The notes under the pieces were generated by a model that saw only the letters and a program-made list of their open reading frames with translations, ran no database searches and was not told the DNA's origin. Shown one piece after another: positions 56,346 through 64,000 of a stretch of DNA of 64,000 nt. The position numbers and the translations under genes are program-made. The number at the start of each line of letters is the position of its first letter. Position 1 is the stretch's first letter. Source of the stretch: Ilumatobacteraceae bacterium (GTDB taxonomy: Bacteria; Actinomycetota; Acidimicrobiia; Acidimicrobiales; Ilumatobacteraceae); contig JBDSDH010000042.1 of the NCBI GenBank assembly GCA_039920665.1, positions 2,532 through 66,531 on the forward strand. Direction: 5' to 3'.

Positions 56346-56475
56346 AACAGGTACTACGGACCCCGACCCCCGACCAGATGGCGCGACCGACACTTTCGTC
56401 CGGCCACATGCCCCCACCTCGGACGCCGTTACAGTCACGACATGGTCGAACGGCGGACATCGTGGTGATGCTGCT

Positions 56476-58308
56476 GTGCCGTTCGTGACGCCGCCATCAG
56501 CCGTCGCGTTCGGACCCGACGATGCGATCCGGCCCGTTCTGCGTCCGACGCGACTCGCTGCCGTCCGCGCGACCGGTCTGCTCGACACGAACGCAGAGCC
56601 GGCCTTCGATCGGATCACCGACCTCGCGCGCACTCTGCTGACGACACCATTTGCATTCGTGACGATCGTCGACGACACCCGGTCGTTCTGGAAGAGCTGT
56701 GTCGGGGTTGTTGCAACCGACCCCGCCGATCGCCAGAACTCGGTCGGCGACTCCTTTTGTCAGTACGTCGTCGACAGCGACGAGCCGTTGTTCGTCGGGG
56801 ACGCTCGGCTCGACGCGGTCACCTGCAACAACCCATCCATCGTCACGATGGGCGTCCGGGCGTGGGCCGGCTACCCGCTGCGGAGCATCGCCGGTGAGGT
56901 GCTCGGAACCTTCTGCGTCGTCGACACGGCAACTCGGGTCTGGACCGACGGTGAGCTCGAAACGCTCGGCGCGTTGGCGGTCGCAGCCGAGAGCGAGATC
57001 CGGTTGCGCACGCTGCTCGACGAGAGCATCGCCCACGCCGAGGCGACCCGCCACGAGATGGTGTTGCGTGAGCGGTTGGCGACGCTCGCGGAGCACCTGA
57101 CCGCGGCTGACACGGTCGACGCTGTCGCCGCAACGATCACCCACCTCGGCCACGGTCTGCTCGGCTCGAGCCTGGTGACGCTCGGGATACTCGACGCCAA
57201 TCGGCGTCAACTCGGCATCCGTGGACGGATCAGCGAGCACGAAGCACTGCGTAACCGCGACGCGACAATCTTGCTCACCGAGGATCTGCCGATAATCGAT
57301 GCGATCCGCAGGGCCGAGCCGATCTACCTGTCGAGCATCGTCGAGATCGAGGATCGATACCCCCATGTGGTGGGCGACGCGCGAGCCTTGGAATTGGAGG
57401 CCATTGCCAGCGTTCCATTGCAACACTCCGATGGCACGATGCTCGGTGCGTTGTCGATCGGCTGGTCGGGGCCGGTCGATTTCTCGGCCAATGATCGGTC
57501 TCTGTTGCGCACCGTCTCGCTGATGTGCGCGCAGTCGTTGCAACGGGCACAACTCGGTGACCTCCGCCGCCAGTTCGTCGAATCGTTGCAACGCGAACTG
57601 CTCCCCGAACTCCCACCCGTGCTGGGCTGGGACATCGCCGCCCGATATCTGCCCGCGACCGCCGGTATCGGCTTCGGCGGCGACTGGTACGACCTCGTCG
57701 AACTCGACGGAGGACTCGCGGTGATCGTCGTCGGTGACATCGCAGGTCATGGGATCGAGGCCGCGGCGCGCATGTCGCAGGTGCGGGGCGCGATCAACGC
57801 TCTCACGCGAATTCACGGCGGCGATCTGGCAACCGTGCTCGATGAAGCGGAGCGTATCCTGAGCCATCTGGACGACAGCTACATCGCGACCGTGATGCTG
57901 GTACTCCTCGACCCGTCGAGCGACACGATCTCGTATGTGTCGGCCGGACATCCGCCGGCGGTGTTGGCCCATGCCGACGGCACGATCTCGTTGCTCGAAG
58001 ATGGCCGCCGACCGTTGCTCGGCAGCGGTCGCGGTCGTTGTGCAGTCGGCACTGCATCCGCTGCGCCGGGCTCGATGGTGATCGCCTTCACCGATGGACT
58101 CGTCGAACGACGCGACCAGTCACCCGATGTCGGCACAGCACGCGTCGCCGACCGGACACGGAGAGAGATCGCCCGGTCCAACGCCGCTGGTCCGAGCGTC
58201 GAACATCTGGCCGACCGGATCATCGAGGACCTGGTCGGCGCCCGGTTCGCCACCGACGACGTCGCCCTCGTGGTGATCAAACACCGATCGACCGCTCGGC
58301 CGACCTGA
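56476..58308 (+). CDS. GAF-GAF-PP2C (SpoIIE-family) protein phosphatase
   Basis: The first GAF shows AFDRITDLARTLL..FAFVTIVDD. The PP2C/SpoIIE domain shows ARYLPATAGIGFGGDWYDLV, GDIAGHG and SAGHPP. The start is uncertain (GTG 56476 versus ATG 56308, which would overlap the sigma gene start). Confidence 0.85.
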   Translation: MPFVTPPSAVAFGPDDAIRPVLRPTRLAAVRATGLLDTNAEPAFDRITDLARTLLTTPFAFVTIVDDTRSFWKSCVGVVATDPADRQNSVGDSFCQYVVDSDEPLFVGDARLDAVTCNNPSIVTMGVRAWAGYPLRSIAGEVLGTFCVVDTATRVWTDGELETLGALAVAAESEIRLRTLLDESIAHAEATRHEMVLRERLATLAEHLTAADTVDAVAATITHLGHGLLGSSLVTLGILDANRRQLGIRGRISEHEALRNRDATILLTEDLPIIDAIRRAEPIYLSSIVEIEDRYPHVVGDARALELEAIASVPLQHSDGTMLGALSIGWSGPVDFSANDRSLLRTVSLMCAQSLQRAQLGDLRRQFVESLQRELLPELPPVLGWDIAARYLPATAGIGFGGDWYDLVELDGGLAVIVVGDIAGHGIEAAARMSQVRGAINALTRIHGGDLATVLDEAERILSHLDDSYIATVMLVLLDPSSDTISYVSAGHPPAVLAHADGTISLLEDGRRPLLGSGRGRCAVGTASAAPGSMVIAFTDGLVERRDQSPDVGTARVADRTRREIARSNAAGPSVEHLADRIIEDLVGARFATDDVALVVIKHRSTARPT

Positions 58309-58323
58309 CCGCGGAAGCGCCGA

Positions 58324-60147
58324 TCAGATGCTGCCGAGGCTCCGAAGAGCGAGCCCTGCGCCGACGATGACTACCAGCCCGGCCGTGCAGTACGGAGCGA
58401 CGGTCCCCCACTTGCGCGCGAACGATCGGACCCGGCCCGACGAACTCTTCATGCGGCCCTGGTAACGATCACGAACCTTCACCAGTAACACCCCGGCGAG
58501 CGTCAGCGTGCCGGCCATTCCGACGCCGTAGCCAACGACGAGCAGGATGCCGAACCATGTACGACCGAGCGCAATCGCCGAGAGCAGGATGATCAACGCA
58601 GATGGGCTCGGCACCAACCCGCCGGCGATTCCCATCCCGATCAGACCCCGACGCGAGACATGCTTCGGCGCCTCGTCGTGGTCGTGGTCGCGGTCGTGGT
58701 CGCGGTCGTGATCGTGGTCGTGGTCATGGTCGTGGTCGCGGTCGCGGTCGCGGTCGTGGTCGTGATGGCCGACCTCCTCCCACGCAGGTGGTGCCGGCGC
58801 GGTCAGGAGTGCCGTGAAGTCGATGACGCCGACGCTGCCCGAGCCCGAGCCCGAGCCGGAGCCGGGGCCGGGGCCGGGGCCGACCGAGATACTGCGTACG
58901 AGCGCAGCTCGGTCGGGCATCACCGATTCGACGGTCTTGGCACGCTCGGCTCGCAACGGCCCATGGCTGTGCGACTGGCCGCCGTGGCTGTGGGCGCGAC
59001 CGCCGTGGGTGTGCGAGTGGCCATCACCGAGATCGTAGGAGTGGGTGTGACCGTGGCCGAACGGACCGGCTCCATGATGGCGGATGGCCGAGATCAGCAG
59101 TCCGATTCCGAGTCCGGCGACCAGCACCCCGCTGGTCACTCCGAGCCAGCCGAGCACGGTCTCACCGGCCAACGAGGTCGACAGCGTCAGGGCCAAGCCG
59201 AGCAACAGCACGCCGCCGGTGTGGGTTCCGGTCACGGTCGCTCCGACGATGACCGCGTCGCGGACCGAGCCCTGACGGCCGGCGATGTAGGCGGCCATCA
59301 CGGTCTTGCCGTGCCCGGGGAGCAGCGCGTGCGAGGCGCCCAGCACCAACGCCAAGCTCACCGCCAACATCCCGATTCCGAGTGTCAATTCACGGCGCCC
59401 GATCAGGTCGTCGAAGGTGCGTTGGACGTTGTCGACGATGCCCGAGAAGAACCCGACATTGGCCGAGTCCAATCCATCTCGGGCGTCCGCGGCGACCGTC
59501 GACGGTCCCGCGCCGAGCTGCACATCGAACGTTGCCGAGCGAACGTCGAGCGGCGAGGCCAGCAGGTCGACCGGATACTTGGTCAGTCCTTCCGTGACGC
59601 TTTTCTGCGGCACAGGGGAGTCGATCAGGCGCACGCCATCCGCTACCGCGTTGATCTCGTGCCAACCGACGCGATCGGGCAAGAACCCATCGGTGAACTC
59701 GACGGTGGTGTTCGACGTGATCGCAGCGGCTCCTTCCAAAGTGCATTCCAGACGACTCGTCGTCAGCCCGGCTTGGCCCGGGTTGTAGGCGAAGGTCGAC
59801 GAGGTGACGACCAGAGCGACCGCGTCACCGTCGATTGAGAGGATCAGGTCGGCCTCGAAGGCTGCGCACTGCTGCTCGCCGTACGCGATCAGCTCGGACG
59901 GTGACGCATCGCCATTGCCGTCGGCGTCGACCAACGACTCGGCTTGGGCGGTCGGGATCTCGGCGGTGTCGACTACCGCGTGGTCGGTGACCCCACCCGG
60001 CGAGAACGACAGTTGGTTGAGGTGGTTGACACTGAAATTGCCGAGTGGGTGGGCAGACGCTGCGGTGACTGCGAGACCCGACACGAAGCCGATGGTGGTC
60101 AACGCAAGCGCAACCTTGGCAACTGTGCGAAGTCGACGTGATGTCAT
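58324..60147 (-). CDS. Membrane protein: N-terminal HPLGNFS-type periplasmic domain fused to a NicO/RcnA-like nickel/cobalt transporter with His/Asp-rich loop
   Basis: Signal peptide plus AHPLGNFSVNHLNQL. The transporter core reads LLPGHGKTVMAAYIAG...GTHTGGVLLLGLAL. The loop contains GHGHTHSYDLGDGHSHTHGGRAHSHGGQSHSHG and (HD/RD)15. The ATG overlaps the TPR gene stop (ATGA). Confidence 0.75.
   Translation of the reverse strand: MTSRRLRTVAKVALALTTIGFVSGLAVTAASAHPLGNFSVNHLNQLSFSPGGVTDHAVVDTAEIPTAQAESLVDADGNGDASPSELIAYGEQQCAAFEADLILSIDGDAVALVVTSSTFAYNPGQAGLTTSRLECTLEGAAAITSNTTVEFTDGFLPDRVGWHEINAVADGVRLIDSPVPQKSVTEGLTKYPVDLLASPLDVRSATFDVQLGAGPSTVAADARDGLDSANVGFFSGIVDNVQRTFDDLIGRRELTLGIGMLAVSLALVLGASHALLPGHGKTVMAAYIAGRQGSVRDAVIVGATVTGTHTGGVLLLGLALTLSTSLAGETVLGWLGVTSGVLVAGLGIGLLISAIRHHGAGPFGHGHTHSYDLGDGHSHTHGGRAHSHGGQSHSHGPLRAERAKTVESVMPDRAALVRSISVGPGPGPGSGSGSGSGSVGVIDFTALLTAPAPPAWEEVGHHDHDRDRDRDHDHDHDHDHDRDHDRDHDHDEAPKHVSRRGLIGMGIAGGLVPSPSALIILLSAIALGRTWFGILLVVGYGVGMAGTLTLAGVLLVKVRDRYQGRMKSSSGRVRSFARKWGTVAPYCTAGLVVIVGAGLALRSLGSI
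58675..58764 (-). repeat. Hexanucleotide microsatellite (gtcgyg)x15 encoding the (His/Arg-Asp)n loop
   Basis: 15 consecutive hexamers read directly, with minor variants atcgtg and gtcatg. A second GC-rich repeat at 58836-58884 encodes GPGPGPGSGSGSGSGS. Confidence 0.9.
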
Positions 60148-61520
60148 GCCGCCGGCCCCCCGACAGACGCGAGCGCCGCTGCAGCGAGCGGGGCAGCGAG
60201 CGGATTGAACGCCGGGTTGAGTTGCAGCGCCTCGGCGAGATCAGCGCGAGCACCCTCGTCGTCACCCAGCGACAGCTTGATCATGCCCGAATGGTAGAGG
60301 TACAGCGGGTTGCGCACGCCGAGCTCCATCGCCGTGGCGCTGGCTGCCAACGCTTCTGCGTCTCGACCGTTCACATGCAGCGCCCAGGCATACGCGTCGT
60401 ACATGGCGAGGAAGGGTCGGGTCGCGATGCCGGTCTCGGCATCCGCCATTGCCTTGGCCGGATCGCCGTGGTCGGCGTCATAGAGCGTCGCGACTGAGTC
60501 CGCCTCGACGCCATTGGCCGCGAAGAGCTGCTGGGTCGCAAGAAACACGTCGTACTGCTGTCGGGCCTCGGTGGTCCGCCCGATCGACTCGAGCAGCTCG
60601 CCATATTCGAGCACGTAACTCGGCTCAGGCGCACGTCCGACCAGTTCTGCGTAGTGGTCGAGCGCCGTCTCGGTCTGACCGAGCGCTGCTTCAGCCTTGG
60701 CCTTGCCGGCGAGCGCAGCCGGGTCGGTCGGGGACTCGGCCTGGGCCCGATTGTAGTAGTCGAGCGCCGCCGCGACGTCGCCATTGTTGAACGACAGTTC
60801 GCCCAGATAGAAGAGGGTGAACGCCCTGTCGCCTGCATTCGGGGCAACGTCGAATGCGCGCTGCATCAACGCGGTCGCTTGCTCGATGTCGCCACGAAGT
60901 TCCCACGTGTAGGACTGGCGGGCGAACGACGTGGTGTCGGGCCGGAGGCTGACCATCTTGTCGACGGCTGCGAATGCGGCGTCGTAGTTGCCGAGTTGTA
61001 GCTCGGCATCGCTCAGCGCGCCGAACAGGATCGAGCTATAGCCGTTGATCGCAATGCCCTGCTCGGCGTATGTCTTGGCGGCGGCGAAGTCGTGGCGGGC
61101 CGAAGCCAGCGCCGAAAGTCCGGCATAGGCCAGGAAGTTGTCGTCGTCGTTGAGCTCGAGCGACTTGGCCAGCACCCCGTCGGCACGCGGATAGAAGTCG
61201 GAGTTGACGGTCACCTTGGCCTGCTGCACGTAGGCGATGCCGAGCGTCGCCCAGCCGACAGAGTCTCCGGGGATTGCTTCGAGCCGGGTTTGGAGATTGG
61301 TGATCAATTGATCGAGCGACTGGCCGGAGGGGTTCGTCGCTCGGGCGATGTCGTCAGGCACCACGATTTCGCTCTTCGCCGAGGTGCTGATATCGGGAAT
61401 CTTCGTTCCGGACCGAGCGATTCCGAACGCGCTCGCAGCGATCAGGATTGCACCGAGCCCGAGGCCGGACAGCACCAGCTTGGTTCGCCGTTTGGCGCGG
61501 GGCTTCACATTGGTCTTCAT
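60144..61520 (-). CDS. Tetratricopeptide-repeat protein, membrane-anchored
   Basis: ATG at 61520, an N-terminal TM helix (LVLSGLGLGAILIAASAF), then multiple TPR units (recurrent A..Y...A...P......G pattern). Confidence 0.8.
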   Translation of the reverse strand: MKTNVKPRAKRRTKLVLSGLGLGAILIAASAFGIARSGTKIPDISTSAKSEIVVPDDIARATNPSGQSLDQLITNLQTRLEAIPGDSVGWATLGIAYVQQAKVTVNSDFYPRADGVLAKSLELNDDDNFLAYAGLSALASARHDFAAAKTYAEQGIAINGYSSILFGALSDAELQLGNYDAAFAAVDKMVSLRPDTTSFARQSYTWELRGDIEQATALMQRAFDVAPNAGDRAFTLFYLGELSFNNGDVAAALDYYNRAQAESPTDPAALAGKAKAEAALGQTETALDHYAELVGRAPEPSYVLEYGELLESIGRTTEARQQYDVFLATQQLFAANGVEADSVATLYDADHGDPAKAMADAETGIATRPFLAMYDAYAWALHVNGRDAEALAASATAMELGVRNPLYLYHSGMIKLSLGDDEGARADLAEALQLNPAFNPLAAPLAAAALASVGGPAA

Positions 61521-61632
61521 CGGATGCACTTCATCAGGATGCCCTCGCGCGGCTTCGGAGTTCTGGACGGGGTGGGAAAACCGGCAGTGCGCCGGCGACT
61601 CGAAGAATCGCCGGCGCACAGCACAGTGGGAA

Positions 61633-64000
61633 TCAACCGGCGAGAACCGTGCCGGGGAAGTAGCCGAGGATGTCGGCGATCAGATCGGTCGATCCGGAGG
61701 TGAACAGACACACCCGGCCGCCGTCACCGACCTTGACCGCCACCATGTTCGGGGTGGTCACACCGCTGCTGAGGTCGATGTTCGCAGCCAACGGACGGGG
61801 CGAACCACACGGGAAGGCCGTGACGTATCCGCCGGCTGCCGGGTCGACAGCCGTCACGTTGAGGAACACCGTTCCGGTACCAGTCGGCATGTTGGTGGTG
61901 CCGAATCCAATGACCTTGAATTCGGTCGTCTGACCAACCTTCGGGCGTGATGCCGAGTAGTTGATCTGGCCACCGGGCTGGTCGGTCCGGGTCTCGAGCA
62001 CTCGCTCGGGAACCGTTGCGACGAACGTCGAGCTGAACGGCGCAGCGCCTTCCAGATCGGCGACGACGTCGGTCGTATTGCTGACGAACAAGCAGACGTT
62101 GCCGTCGGCTCCCACCTTCGCAGCAACCAGGTTGGCACGGACCAGGCCGGGCAGCAGGTTGATGTTGGAGGTGTTGACCGGCCGGGGGCTGCCACACGGG
62201 TACACCGTGATCCAACCGGGGCCGGCGCTGTTGACCGACGTCACGTTGAGCAACACTGCCTTGGTGTCGGCCGGCAAGTTGGCTGTGCCGGTGCCGGTGA
62301 CCTTCAGCATGATCGTGCTGCCGCCTGCCGGCCGGGCGCCGGCGTAGCCCTTTTGGCCACCAGCCTGATCGCTACGGGTCTCAAGCAGGCGCTCGGGTAC
62401 GAGCGGCTTGTACTCGGAACTGAACGGGTGGTAGGCGTTCACGTCAGCGACCAAATCGGTGCTGTTGCTGGTGAAGATGCAGACATTGCCGTCCGTGCCG
62501 ACCTTGGCCGCCACCAGGTTCTGGGTGACGATCCCGGCGATCGGGTTGAAGTTCGACGCCAGAGGCCGTTGCGAGCCGCAGGGGTACACCGTGACGAAAC
62601 CGTTCACGCTGGTGTTGGTCGCCGTGACGTTGAGGAACACCGTCGTTGCATCGGCGGGAACCTGAGCTGCGCCGCCCGTCACCTTGAGGACCGTCGTGGA
62701 ACCGCCAGCAGGCCTGGTTCCGCTGCGGGTGTCGAGAATTCGGCTCGGGTTGACCGAGATGATCTCGGGAGCCCGCGGGGTGCGCTCGGTGCCGTTGTTG
62801 ACGCTGTCCACATGCGGCAGGGCCAGGTACGGGAACGTCGTACCGAACGCGCGGTCGTTGCGATCGACCGAGTCGACAGCGGCGAGGCCGGCGACGAGCT
62901 TGCCCGACTGGGCTGCACCCTCGACTGCCTGAATCGCGATGTCGACGACATCATCGGTGAGCCGGCGTCCGTTCGGGAAGCCCTGAATGTCACCAGCGAG
63001 CACGCCGTAGCGGTTCGGGTTGGCGGCCGATGGGATCGACATGTTCAACCGCAGCATCTCCGACGGCGTCGCCGCAGCGCCACCACGTGACGCCGATGCA
63101 TCGCCGTTGAGGTCGGGCGCATTGAGGTCGACGTTGAGCACGACCATCGGGTCACCACTGAGGCCGGCGTTGGCCTTGCTGATGCCCTGCAGGAAGATCT
63201 CGGTCAAGTCGTTGCGAGGGGTCGCCGGAGCCGGAACGCCGTAGATCGCCTGGATCAACTTCGGCAGGATCGGGTCCTCGACCTTGGCAACCACTGGGTT
63301 CGGTCCGGGGGCTCCGACCTGGGAGTCGATGTCCGGCGAGATCGCATTGAACGCATCCTTCAGCGACAGCGGGATCACGACTTCGTTGACGAGCGGGTTG
63401 CCCAAGCGAGACACCTGCTTGAAGTTTGCAGGGTTCAGATCGCCGGGCGTGCCGTTGATGCTCGTCTCCGTCGTGCTCCAGATGCCGATCACCGGGTTGG
63501 TGGTGGCATTTCCGTTCAATGCGAGCGCGCTCTTGGGCAACTGCAACGCAACCGTGTTGACGTTGTAGCCGGCGAGGGTGTCCTCGCCGAGTTCTGAAGC
63601 ATCACCGCCGTAGAGCAGGTCGAAGACCCTCAGGTCGAGGAAGAACGGATCGTCGGCTTGACCGGCGAAGGTCTTGCCTCCGCCGACGGCGTAGATGGCC
63701 TGATCACGCAACGGGGTGTAGTCCGGCATCGAGGCCGCACCGGCAATCGACGGAGCGGAGATCGGATCGCCGGGGCTGGCGACACCGTCGCCGTTGCCGA
63801 GCAAGGTGGTGGTGACGCCGGCCTTGTTGGTGACTGTCAGGTCGTAGGTCTGGTACACGTTCAGATCCGGATCCGTCAGCGACGTGACCTGGCCGGTGTT
63901 CGACAGGAACTGGCCGTTGGCGTCGCGGATCGTGGTGTCGAAGATCCAGGTGTAGGTCAGATCGGGCTTGGCATCGCCGTCGCTGTCGATCTTGATGGTG
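61633..64000 (-). CDS. DUF4331 domain protein with three extra C-terminal tandem domains, 5'-partial
   Basis: The frame stays open upstream of the track's start to the window end (...TIKIDSDGDAKPDLTYTWIFDT...). DUF4331 hallmarks are FAGQADDPFFLDLRVFDL, QVSRLGNPLVNEVVIP, MLRLNMSIP, GFPNGRRLTDDVVD and FPYLALPH. Confidence 0.8.
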   Translation of the reverse strand, partial: TIKIDSDGDAKPDLTYTWIFDTTIRDANGQFLSNTGQVTSLTDPDLNVYQTYDLTVTNKAGVTTTLLGNGDGVASPGDPISAPSIAGAASMPDYTPLRDQAIYAVGGGKTFAGQADDPFFLDLRVFDLLYGGDASELGEDTLAGYNVNTVALQLPKSALALNGNATTNPVIGIWSTTETSINGTPGDLNPANFKQVSRLGNPLVNEVVIPLSLKDAFNAISPDIDSQVGAPGPNPVVAKVEDPILPKLIQAIYGVPAPATPRNDLTEIFLQGISKANAGLSGDPMVVLNVDLNAPDLNGDASASRGGAAATPSEMLRLNMSIPSAANPNRYGVLAGDIQGFPNGRRLTDDVVDIAIQAVEGAAQSGKLVAGLAAVDSVDRNDRAFGTTFPYLALPHVDSVNNGTERTPRAPEIISVNPSRILDTRSGTRPAGGSTTVLKVTGGAAQVPADATTVFLNVTATNTSVNGFVTVYPCGSQRPLASNFNPIAGIVTQNLVAAKVGTDGNVCIFTSNSTDLVADVNAYHPFSSEYKPLVPERLLETRSDQAGGQKGYAGARPAGGSTIMLKVTGTGTANLPADTKAVLLNVTSVNSAGPGWITVYPCGSPRPVNTSNINLLPGLVRANLVAAKVGADGNVCLFVSNTTDVVADLEGAAPFSSTFVATVPERVLETRTDQPGGQINYSASRPKVGQTTEFKVIGFGTTNMPTGTGTVFLNVTAVDPAAGGYVTAFPCGSPRPLAANIDLSSGVTTPNMVAVKVGDGGRVCLFTSGSTDLIADILGYFPGTVLAG

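Noticed and set aside
58675-58884. Short tandem arrays (hexamers at 58675-58764, 15-mers at 51062-51121 and 55706-55765, 12-mers at 28254-28289) as possible CRISPR arrays.
   Set aside because: The units are 6-15 bp and directly adjacent, with no spacers. They lie in-frame inside coding regions and no cas genes are present.
1-64000. tRNA, rRNA or other structured RNA genes in the intergenic gaps.
   Set aside because: The intergenic regions are short. None shows tRNA hallmarks (a GGTTCGAATCC-like T-arm or acceptor-stem complementarity) or rRNA-like conserved blocks. The few GGTTCGAA-like strings lie inside coding frames.

Overview
High-GC, densely coding chromosomal window. WhiB-family genes, SenX3-RegX3, Lnt and a class-E-like sortase point to Actinomycetota; I cannot place it more precisely by eye. 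I support about 55 protein-coding genes and found no rRNA, tRNA, CRISPR array, transposase or integrase. Most content is housekeeping: hemY (partial), sortase, lnt, dtd, a GT4/methyltransferase/prenyltransferase-like trio, an ALDH7-like dehydrogenase, prmA-like, tesB, an RNB ribonuclease, a crotonase, a CPA2 antiporter, mreB, moaE and cbiB. A phosphate-homeostasis supercluster of about 11.7 kb is present: MFS-regX3-senX3-phoU-pstB, divergent from pstSCAB, followed by ppk1. PHO-box-like 11-nt direct repeats sit in the shared promoter. Also present are a whiB-tatA-whiB unit and a DUF4331-TPR-NicO-fusion operon (partial). The most unusual region is 44.8-51.3 kb. It holds an orphan fragment of a contractile-injection-system (eCIS / phage-tail-like) locus: a tail-sheath gene, a DUF4280 PAAR-like gene, a divergent Afp15-like AAA+ ATPase and a DUF2510 repeat protein. 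No tube, baseplate, spike, tape-measure or terminator genes accompany them. The sheath gene loses its C-terminal end at a 7-bp interval where a VWA/CoxE-like gene starts in mid-protein, which indicates a deletion or rearrangement scar, or an assembly chimera. Two gene-decay zones are also visible: an LpqC-like esterase remnant and a 0.8-kb stretch of broken frames upstream of dtd. Several in-gene tandem repeats occur. All family assignments come from motif recognition by eye in the supplied translations; no searches were run.
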